Below the pieces are notes generated by a model that was given only the letters and a program-made list of their open reading frames with translations, was not told the origin of the DNA and made no database searches. Both the position numbers and the translations under genes were made by a program. Positions 12,034-19,923 of a stretch of 64,000 bases of DNA are shown one piece after another (the stretch's first letter is position 1; each line of letters starts with the position of its first letter). The stretch covers positions 73,628 to 137,627 of the forward strand of contig SUXK01000002.1 in the NCBI GenBank assembly GCA_015061035.1. The letters run 5' to 3'. The DNA is from Bacteroidales bacterium. Lineage in GTDB: Bacteria; Bacteroidota; Bacteroidia; Bacteroidales; G3-4614.

Positions 12034-12107
12034 GCCTCTTTAGCTCAGTTGGCCAGAGCACGTGATTTGTAATCTCGGGGTCGTTGGTTCGAATCCGACA
12101 AGAGGCT
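12034..12107 (+). tRNA. tRNA-Thr (anticodon UGU), second identical copy
   Basis: 74/74 identity to 11885-11958, after a 75-nt spacer. Confidence 0.95.
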
Positions 12108-12119
12108 CTAATTTTTTCA

Positions 12120-12160
12120 ATAGCAGAGAGTATGTTTATATATTTTCTGCTATTTTTTTT
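12120..12160 (+). terminator. Intrinsic terminator after the tRNA pair
   Basis: 8-bp stem atagcaga/tctgctat followed by T8. Confidence 0.7.
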
Positions 12161-12364
12161 ACAAAAAATATAGTAAAACCTCACGATTTTACTATACGAA
12201 ATTATAAAAAATTATTTATAGCACTTTAGTTGCACTCGCATATAATCAATGTTTCCCGAGTAGCATAAATTTGAGAATAAGATGAGTATTGATACGAATA
12301 TCAATTTTCTTAATCGCATATTTATAACAAAATTTGGTTAAACTATTCTATATATCTATATCTT

Positions 12365-12400
12365 AAAAAAGCATCTTGTGAGAATATGCTTATTTTTTTT
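12365..12400. terminator. Bidirectional terminator-like hairpin in an ORF-free tract
   Basis: A6 run, stem aagcat/atgctt with an 11-nt loop, then aT8. Confidence 0.5.
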
Positions 12401-12780
12401 GGTAGCACAAAATTAGTAAAACTGCAATATACAAACAAAGAAAATATTACTTAATTTTTGTTAAAATATCACAAATAATACACCTCCCTTGTATGGGGGG
12501 GGGTAAAACGTTGTGTTTCAATTGGTTACATCCAACAAAATTACAACTTAAAAAGAGATAGCCTTTAAATACTAACTGCTATACAAATGTTAAATATTGT
12601 TATATTAAAAAGGTTTCAAAGATTTAAATCTTATACAAATCTCTGCAAACAGAAGAAACAGATAGATTGCATCAGGGATATATATAGAGAGATAATTTAT
12701 TCAGACAGCATATCTATTTTACTGAGAGAATATTATAGTAGTTTATTTTTCTGCAAACTTATTAACATAGCAGATAAAGA

Positions 12781-13677
12781 CTATTTGTAGTTCTCTAATG
12801 CCTGTTTTAGAGTTGCAATTATTTCTTCTCGTAACGATTGTGGTTGCAACACTTCTACTTTTGCACCCATTGATAATATTTCTTGCTTGAAGTCAAAAGT
12901 TGGAAGTAATGTGTATTGAAATGTTGTAAAACTATCACAATCGAACAATTGCTTTTGCGAATGGTGTAGCGGCAACGTTTTTATATAGTTATTTTGGGGT
13001 GTATTTACTTTTAATACTATAACCTCTGCCGATTTCTCTTCTACTATTATTCCAAAACTGTTTTTGAAATATTCCTCTGGCGAAAAATCTGCGGGGTATT
13101 CAAACTCTTCTTTCAAAACTTCGGCAGAAGACATTCTGTCAAGCGAATATATTCTCAACTGATTGTATTCAGCGTTATATCCTATGATATACCATCTTTG
13201 TTTGAAGATACGTATAAAATATGGCAACAGGGTTACTACGTGTTCTTCGGTTTCACTAAAAGTTCGGTATGTAAATTGTAGTACTTTGCTATCACGCATT
13301 GCCTCGATTATTGTTGTGAGATATATCTCCCCCGAAGGGTTCTTCTCTAACATTATTCTATCGTGCAGTTTCTGTTGCTCATTTATTATGTTTTCAACCG
13401 CAAATGAGTTTAATAACCAAAAACGGACTTTGTCATTTGAGAGCGAATCAACGTCTTCGATATAGTATTCGTTTGTTACTCTATCGCACTCAATGTTTAT
13501 ATCAAAAAACTCTTGTATCTTTTCGCGATGGTTATGAAATGTTCGGCGTGGTATTGGATTGCCATCAGAGAAATCGGTATGCAACCAACTATTGTTTATC
13601 TCTTTTAGTGTCATTCGCTTATTGCGGTAAAGAGTGTTTACCAACCATACGTATCTATTAAAGAGATTTTGTGCCAT
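12781..13677 (-). CDS. WYL domain-containing transcriptional regulator
   Basis: 298 aa. N-terminal wHTH-like region (MTLKEINNSW...RRTFHNHREKIQ), central WYL-type core (FTYRTF...LLPYFIRIFKQRWYIIGYN...LRIYSLDRM) and a C-terminal WCX-like domain. Confidence 0.8.
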   Translation of the reverse strand: MAQNLFNRYVWLVNTLYRNKRMTLKEINNSWLHTDFSDGNPIPRRTFHNHREKIQEFFDINIECDRVTNEYYIEDVDSLSNDKVRFWLLNSFAVENIINEQQKLHDRIMLEKNPSGEIYLTTIIEAMRDSKVLQFTYRTFSETEEHVVTLLPYFIRIFKQRWYIIGYNAEYNQLRIYSLDRMSSAEVLKEEFEYPADFSPEEYFKNSFGIIVEEKSAEVIVLKVNTPQNNYIKTLPLHHSQKQLFDCDSFTTFQYTLLPTFDFKQEILSMGAKVEVLQPQSLREEIIATLKQALENYK

Positions 13678-13681
13678 AGTT

Positions 13682-14368
13682 TTATAAATTTATTGCTGAT
13701 TGCTCCATATCTAACCACAATTTGTCATCTGCCGGTACTGGGGCTGTTACTGATATTTGTTTCTTTGATACTGGATGTATAAACTCTATTGATCGTGCAT
13801 GTAACGATATTCCTCCGTTTGCATTTGATCGCTCGGCTCCATATTTTAAGTCCCCTTTTATAGGGCATCCTATTTTGGATAACTGACATCGGATTTGATG
13901 ATGTCTGCCTGTTTTTAGGTTTACATGCAATAGGTTATAGTTTACACTCTTAACTAATAGTTTATAGGATAGTTCAGCCTCTTTTGCCCCGTTTTTGGGG
14001 TGATCGTATGCTACGCTTTTGTTAAGTTTTTCGTTGCGATATATGTAGTGTTTGAGTGTTTGACTTTCAAATGGTGGGCTGTTCTTTACTATTGCCCAAT
14101 AGGTCTTTTTTACATCTCCTACTCTGAACATTTCGTTTAAGCGAGATAGTGCTTTACTTGTTTTTGCAAATACTACTACTCCACTCACAGGTCTATCTAA
14201 ACGGTGCGTTACACCTATAAATACATTTCCCGGTTTGGCATACTTCTCCTTTATCCACTCTTTTACTATCTCGGAGAGCGGCTTGTCACCTGTTTTATCT
14301 CCTTGTACTATCTCGGAGCAGTTTTTATTTACTATTATTATATGATTATCTTCGTAAAGTACTTCCAC
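13682..14368 (-). CDS. RluA-family pseudouridine synthase
   Basis: 228 aa with the catalytic HRLDRPVSGVVVFAKT motif and a KTGR.HQIR motif. Confidence 0.9.
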   Translation of the reverse strand: MEVLYEDNHIIIVNKNCSEIVQGDKTGDKPLSEIVKEWIKEKYAKPGNVFIGVTHRLDRPVSGVVVFAKTSKALSRLNEMFRVGDVKKTYWAIVKNSPPFESQTLKHYIYRNEKLNKSVAYDHPKNGAKEAELSYKLLVKSVNYNLLHVNLKTGRHHQIRCQLSKIGCPIKGDLKYGAERSNANGGISLHARSIEFIHPVSKKQISVTAPVPADDKLWLDMEQSAINL

Positions 14369-14385
14369 TTTTATCTTGTATCTAC

Positions 14386-14414
14386 AAATATCCCCCTTTG
14401 CGAGGGGGATATTT
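14386..14414. terminator. Perfect 12-bp hairpin after fabG
   Basis: aaatatccccct / agggggatattt with a 5-nt loop. Confidence 0.6.
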
Positions 14415-14435
14415 GATTATTAGTTATAATTTAGT

Positions 14436-15182
14436 TTACATATTCATTCCACCGCAACAGTGTATTACTTGTCCTGATACGTATGATGATAGATCAGATG
14501 CAAGGAATGTACATACGTTTGCTACATCTTCTGGTGTTCCTCCACGACGTAGTGGTATTTGTTTTGCCCATGCCTCTTTTACGTCATCAGGCAATACTGC
14601 TGTCATCTCGGTAATGATAAATCCTGGTGCTACACAGTTTGCTCTTACTCCACGTGGTCCCATCTCTTTTGCTATTGATTTTGCTAAACCTATCATTCCT
14701 GCTTTTGATGCAGAATAGTTGCATTGTCCTGCGTTTCCACTTACACCCACTACTGAAGACATATTAATAATACTTCCTCCTCGTTGTTTCATCATTATTG
14801 GGGATACTGCGTGAATGAAGTTGAAGGCTGATTTTAGGTTTATGTTTAAAACCATATCCCATTGCTCTTCTGTCATACGCAACATTAGTGTATCGCGTGT
14901 TATTCCAGCATTGTTTACCAATATATCTATTCGTCCAAAGTCTGCCATTATTGCCTCTACAACGCTATGTGTATCTGCAAAGTTTGCTGCATTTGATGCA
15001 TACCCTTTTACTTTTACTCCGAATGCTGCAATCTCCTCTTCGGTTTTTTGCATATTCTCATCATATTTTAAATCAGTAAATGCAATGTTTGCTCCTTCTT
15101 GCGCAAACTTCATTGCTACTGCTTTTCCAATTCCTCTTGCTGCTCCTGTTATTATAGCAACTTTTCCTTCTAATAGTTTCAT
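14436..15182 (-). CDS. fabG: 3-oxoacyl-[ACP] reductase
   Basis: The start is reassigned to MKLLEGKVAIITGAARGIGKA (248 aa). Carries the SDR motifs TGxxxGIG, NNAG and YxxxK. Confidence 0.9.
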   Translation of the reverse strand: MKLLEGKVAIITGAARGIGKAVAMKFAQEGANIAFTDLKYDENMQKTEEEIAAFGVKVKGYASNAANFADTHSVVEAIMADFGRIDILVNNAGITRDTLMLRMTEEQWDMVLNINLKSAFNFIHAVSPIMMKQRGGSIINMSSVVGVSGNAGQCNYSASKAGMIGLAKSIAKEMGPRGVRANCVAPGFIITEMTAVLPDDVKEAWAKQIPLRRGGTPEDVANVCTFLASDLSSYVSGQVIHCCGGMNM

Positions 15183-15193
15183 ATTTTTTGTTT

Positions 15194-15820
15194 TTAATGA
15201 CTGTCTGGATATATATATTTTGTACAAACTGTTCCTTTTGCTCTTACAGAATTTAATATCAAATCGATTGCTGCTGCCCTTATTTCCTCTCTACCCGGAG
15301 CCATTCGCTGAAAATGATTACGAACGTACGGTGCATCAAATCCTCGCAAGGCATAGTGTATTAATATTGCCGTTGCTTGGATATTATCTACCTCAAATGC
15401 TCCGCTATCAACTCCTTCTTGTAGTATCAGTCGTAATAGTGAGATTTCTTGTTGTCCTATATCTTTCCAAGCATGCTCTAAACTCCATACATCTCTAAAG
15501 AACTCTGTTCTAAGTGTTCCGTTCCGCAACACTATCTCTTTTATTAACTCAAGGCGATGAAAGATATAGTATGCAAGTTTCTCTTCTGGGGGCAAGTTTT
15601 GATTTACAATTGATTTAAGCTTCTCTATCAATTGCATAATCTCAGATTCCACTACAGCCCAATATATATCCTCTTTACTTTTAAAATGAGTGTATAGTGT
15701 TCGGCGAACTTTTCCTGCTGCAATGGCGATGTCATTCATTGTTGTAGATTCAACTCCTGATTTTATAAAAAGTTGACGTGCTACCTCAATTAATTTTAAT
15801 CGTGTTTTTTCACCCCTCAT
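15194..15820 (-). CDS. TetR/AcrR family transcriptional regulator
   Basis: The N-terminal HTH (IEVARQLFIKSGVESTTMNDIAIAAGKVRRTLYTHFKSKEDIY) is typical of TetR. Confidence 0.9.
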   Translation of the reverse strand: MRGEKTRLKLIEVARQLFIKSGVESTTMNDIAIAAGKVRRTLYTHFKSKEDIYWAVVESEIMQLIEKLKSIVNQNLPPEEKLAYYIFHRLELIKEIVLRNGTLRTEFFRDVWSLEHAWKDIGQQEISLLRLILQEGVDSGAFEVDNIQATAILIHYALRGFDAPYVRNHFQRMAPGREEIRAAAIDLILNSVRAKGTVCTKYIYPDSH

Positions 15821-15905
15821 ATTACATATGTATATTTATAATGCGAAGATAAAGTAAATATAACTAATTGCCAAATAAGGTATGCACTAAATTTCACAAC
15901 AATTT

Positions 15906-18083
15906 TTAATATGTGTTTTTCTTAGATACGGTATTATTAATTATAATATCTCTCAATATTGAAATTTTTATATCCGAAACTCCGAAATTAAGAAGTATAT
16001 CTTTATCCTTAGATATTGAATCCTCAAAATTTTCTGTATTATATGAACTCATTTCAATACTTTTTGCATAATAGGTTTGGGCATTATTTATATCATTTTT
16101 TATCAAATAGATATGTCCCATATTTATATAGTCATTTGATGTTGGGGATTCTGACAACACCTTTTCATAATATTGTTGGGCATCATCAAACTTTCCTAAC
16201 AACAATGAACACCATGCTATTGCACGCCAAGTTTTGGGTGTTCCGTCTGTTACAAAATCTACTTTATAAAATAGATCTAATGCCTCCTTATATTTATTGC
16301 TCATTAACAAGGTATAACCTATTTGCATTTCAAACGAGACATTATCTGGTTCTAATTTTTGAGCCTCTTTATAATACTCAATTGCTTTTGCTGTATCTCC
16401 AGTTAATCTATAACATAGTGCTATACTTGTTATTGTCCATACATCCCTTGTTATAATATCTGCTTTTTCATACTCTTTTATTGCTCCTTTATAATCTTTA
16501 AGCATCTGATTACAATATCCTATCTTTTGATATAAAAGATAATCTGTTGGATTATTATCGGACAATAATTTGAAATATGTTTTAGCATAAGCATAATGTC
16601 CTTTAGATAGATAAAATTCTGCTATATTCCTCAATGTTTCACCATCCTGAAAAATAGGTTTTAACGCATCAACCTCATAAAGATTTATATGGGAAGAGAA
16701 TATTTTAGGAAGATTAAATTTTGATAGAGTAAATAATCTATAAAGGTCTTGTATATATAATCTTGCTCTTAATTTTGCCTCTGCTCTTGATGGTTCAATA
16801 CTGTCCTCAAACATATCACTCATATTCAACTCGCTTGGAAGACCTGTTAACATAAGATCTTGGAGGTTATTTAGATTTGATGAGAAGAGCAACGAATATC
16901 TATCAGAATTACACAAAAAGAATGTTTTCTCAAGAATATCTCCCAATTTGGAATTCTCTTTTATTCCTTCATATATTTCACTATATTCATTTGTATATGG
17001 TCTTAGCCAATTTTGTATTGATTTAAAGAATGGGAATTCTTTCTTCCCTGAAAAGGCTGATATCAATAAATCAGAACCTTCGAGTTGCAAATTGTTTACA
17101 ACTCTTAACTTTTTCTCAAATTCACTATCTTCAAGATTTTTTAGCCATTTGGGATTTTGTTCTAACAAAGATTCCAAATCTTTTAAATCTTCAATATTCC
17201 TACCTTTTATTGTTGATAATAGCTCATCATTCAATTCTGTTGCCAGTTCGGTGATTTTTTGTGTATAAGTACGTGATACTTCCTCAATTCCTATTGAACG
17301 AATAAACTGAAGGAAAATAAAACGAACATCATCACAGAAATTATTTTCAGCTGAGAGCGTTTCTACTTTTAATTTAAGACCTTTTGAAAGATTTACCTTT
17401 TTGCTATGTATGTACATAACAATTAATGCTCCACAAAGTGCTCGTTGTTTTACCTCTTCATTATTACTTTTTGAATAAGCATCAAGCAAAAGTAGCAACT
17501 TATCCTCAGAATAGTAATATATTGAAGATATAGTTAATGCAGATACTACTAACGAAGATGTTACAACTCCAAATTCATCAGTATTTAAGAGTGCATATAT
17601 TGCATCTTTATCTTTTGCTTTTACAGCAAAAGATGTTGCTATTATATTGAATATCTCATTTTGAAGGTTTTCAATAGTTTTCAGACTCTCGGTTGTTATA
17701 CTGTTTTTTAATTCTTCTTTCAAAAAAACTATTTCTTTATCAATATCAGCGCCTCCTATTGAATTATAATAACGTCGTTTATCATACATGTAGGAAGAAA
17801 CTAAATTATTTAAAATAAAAATATCAATAGTTTCATCAACAACTTCATACAATGTAATAATTAATTTATTATAAATATCACCACGTTGAGGATCTTCAGA
17901 GGCAATATATTGCGTCATTTTAGAATATATTGACTTAACCTCATTCACCTTTTCTACAAGCAATGGAGTAGGCTCTATTGCTTCTTCAAACAGATACTCA
18001 ATTTGTTTAATAGCCTTGTACACAAGGCCTTCAGATAAAGATTTATAAATCTTCCCTCTTTCTCTTTCAGCTATCTCTAACAT
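15906..18083 (-). CDS. Tetratricopeptide-repeat protein with a large uncharacterised N-terminal domain
   Basis: 725 aa. The C-terminal ~250 aa has repeated A..YY.KA/L..P-type TPR units. The N-terminal ~470 aa is helical with no motif I recognise. Confidence 0.75.
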   Translation of the reverse strand: MLEIAERERGKIYKSLSEGLVYKAIKQIEYLFEEAIEPTPLLVEKVNEVKSIYSKMTQYIASEDPQRGDIYNKLIITLYEVVDETIDIFILNNLVSSYMYDKRRYYNSIGGADIDKEIVFLKEELKNSITTESLKTIENLQNEIFNIIATSFAVKAKDKDAIYALLNTDEFGVVTSSLVVSALTISSIYYYSEDKLLLLLDAYSKSNNEEVKQRALCGALIVMYIHSKKVNLSKGLKLKVETLSAENNFCDDVRFIFLQFIRSIGIEEVSRTYTQKITELATELNDELLSTIKGRNIEDLKDLESLLEQNPKWLKNLEDSEFEKKLRVVNNLQLEGSDLLISAFSGKKEFPFFKSIQNWLRPYTNEYSEIYEGIKENSKLGDILEKTFFLCNSDRYSLLFSSNLNNLQDLMLTGLPSELNMSDMFEDSIEPSRAEAKLRARLYIQDLYRLFTLSKFNLPKIFSSHINLYEVDALKPIFQDGETLRNIAEFYLSKGHYAYAKTYFKLLSDNNPTDYLLYQKIGYCNQMLKDYKGAIKEYEKADIITRDVWTITSIALCYRLTGDTAKAIEYYKEAQKLEPDNVSFEMQIGYTLLMSNKYKEALDLFYKVDFVTDGTPKTWRAIAWCSLLLGKFDDAQQYYEKVLSESPTSNDYINMGHIYLIKNDINNAQTYYAKSIEMSSYNTENFEDSISKDKDILLNFGVSDIKISILRDIIINNTVSKKNTY

Positions 18084-18345
18084 TGTAAAGTTTTTATTAA
18101 AAGTAATATCAAATATTATGCCAACTTGCTTTTATATAAAACAAAATATATTTATAATAAATATTTAACAAGGCATCAAAATGATTAGTATAATGATTTT
18201 ACAAAATTTATTGCTAAATATTGACAACCTAACAAAGATAAGCAAAAATCCAGAATGGTTTATATTTTTATTATAAAAGTTGTATAATTTATTTGATAGG
18301 AAATATTAAAATATAATTTTAAGATATCAGAATAGATATACTATA

Positions 18346-18388
18346 CAAAAAAGGACAGACTTTTCTATTTACCAAGTCTATCCTTTTT
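18346..18388. terminator. Bidirectional terminator after the M48 peptidase gene
   Basis: A7, stem ggacagactt/aagtctatcc (one mismatch), then T5. Confidence 0.6.
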
Positions 18389-18408
18389 ATGTATCATACC
18401 TAAAATTA

Positions 18409-19197
18409 TTATTTTTTATATTGTTCTAATTCCGGGAGTAACTCCTTTATTTTTGCTACACGATTTGCATCACTTGGGTGTGTACTCATAAACTCAGGTA
18501 TTGATGCTCCGCCTGTACTCATTGACTCCCAGAACGAAACCGCTACTGACGGCTCATACCCTGCCATTGTCATAAATATTAATCCTAACTTGTCGGCTTC
18601 GTACTCTTGTTTACGAGAAAATGGCAACATCACTCCATAGTTTGCTCCTAATCCAAAGATTGTTTCGCCCCATAATTGTGCGGTCTCAGATTTTCCAGAT
18701 AGTATTCCTGATAATGTTTGTGACCCTGCTGATAATATCATTTGTTGACTGATGCGTTCGTTTGAGTGCTTTGCAACAGCATGTGCTATTTCGTGTCCAA
18801 TTACTACCGCCAACTCATCAACATTTTTTGTATATGGCAGCAATCCATCATATACAACAACTTTACCTCCCGGCATACAGAAAGCATTTGCTGTGCTATC
18901 ATGAGTTAAGACAAATTCCCACTCATATCCTGAAATATGAGAACTCATTCCAGCAGACGCTAAATAGTTTTCTACTGCTTTTTGAATTTTTGCTCCACAT
19001 TCAGCAACTACTTTTGCACTGATTGTATCAGGGGATGGTTTGGCTGTTGATATATACTCGTTGTAACTTTGTAGTCCTAATGCCAAGACCTCTTGATCGC
19101 TTACTAATAAAAACTGTTTACGATCTGTCAATGGGACTGTACTACATGCTGTTAAGATTACTGCTATTAGCAGTATTAAGCAATTTAATTTTTTCAT
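18409..19197 (-). CDS. M48-family zinc metallopeptidase lipoprotein
   Basis: Lipobox LTACS, an HEIAHAVAKH zinc motif and a downstream glutamate region. Confidence 0.9.
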   Translation of the reverse strand: MKKLNCLILLIAVILTACSTVPLTDRKQFLLVSDQEVLALGLQSYNEYISTAKPSPDTISAKVVAECGAKIQKAVENYLASAGMSSHISGYEWEFVLTHDSTANAFCMPGGKVVVYDGLLPYTKNVDELAVVIGHEIAHAVAKHSNERISQQMILSAGSQTLSGILSGKSETAQLWGETIFGLGANYGVMLPFSRKQEYEADKLGLIFMTMAGYEPSVAVSFWESMSTGGASIPEFMSTHPSDANRVAKIKELLPELEQYKK

Positions 19198-19209
19198 CTT
19201 GATTTATAT

Positions 19210-19683
19210 TTATTTATTCCAATTCTTATAGGGATTTTCTATTAAATTTGAATTATAATATCGAGCATCATAGGTTACATCCTCTCCTATCCATTTTGGT
19301 AAAGTAAACTCTTCTCGTTCATCAGACAACTCTATTTCTGCAACTACCAATCCTTGATTATCTCCCAAGAACTCATCTATCTCCCATACATGACCATCCT
19401 CCGCTTTATAGATGTATCTGTTTTTTTCTATTATGGGTTTTTCGCATAAATTCTCAATAATCTCTTTTGCATCAACAACAGGAATTGCGTATTCATATTC
19501 AGACCGAGTAGCTCCTATATTTTCACCTTTTATGGTTACATACCCCTTATCTCCTTTTATTCGAACCCTTACCACACGCTCTTTTTGAGATATTAGATAG
19601 CCTTGCTGAATATATGTTACACATGATTGAATCCTATATTGATTATCCGTTACCAAATATTTACGTTCAATCTCTTTCCCCAT
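19210..19683 (-). CDS. CYTH domain protein (triphosphate tunnel metalloenzyme)
   Basis: 157 aa starting MGKEIERKYLV (ExExK signature). Confidence 0.85.
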   Translation of the reverse strand: MGKEIERKYLVTDNQYRIQSCVTYIQQGYLISQKERVVRVRIKGDKGYVTIKGENIGATRSEYEYAIPVVDAKEIIENLCEKPIIEKNRYIYKAEDGHVWEIDEFLGDNQGLVVAEIELSDEREEFTLPKWIGEDVTYDARYYNSNLIENPYKNWNK

Positions 19684-19880
19684 TACGATTCCTTTTTTTT
19701 ATAATTTGAGTGCGAAGATAATACAGATTTTTTAGATTATTTGATTTTACTATTCCCTTTTTTGCTATTATTTTTTTATTTTTTTGAAATATTTAATATT
19801 TAATTTATTATTTTTTGATAACAAATGCAAAATGGATAAAATATAGGAAATATAAAACAATAAGTTAGGGATATTTTTTG

Positions 19881-19888
19881 TACCTTTG
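19881..19888 (+). promoter_or_regulatory. -7 box TAccTTTG for the DUF5686 gene
   Basis: Exact TAnnTTTG, 36 nt before the ATG at 19924. Confidence 0.45.
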
Positions 19889-19923
19889 CAATCGATTTTT
19901 TAATAGTAAAATTGAGTAATTTA

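Noticed and set aside
11757-12184. Two minus-strand ORFs (83 and 97 aa) sharing the peptide ASCRIRTNDPEITNHVLWPTELKRQ.
   Set aside because: The shared peptide is simply the reverse translation of the two identical tRNA-Thr genes, so these ORFs are artefacts.
12587-12790. 67-aa plus-strand ORF in the AT-rich gap, overlapping the 3' end of the WYL gene.
   Set aside because: It has a low-complexity Ile/Lys/Tyr-rich translation typical of AT-rich non-coding DNA, with no promoter box or family resemblance.
11885-13677. A tRNA-Thr-associated genomic island carrying the WYL gene.
   Set aside because: There is no integrase or recombinase and no direct repeat of the tRNA 3' end downstream. Composition is the same as the flanks, and the WYL gene appears translationally coupled to the core rluA gene.
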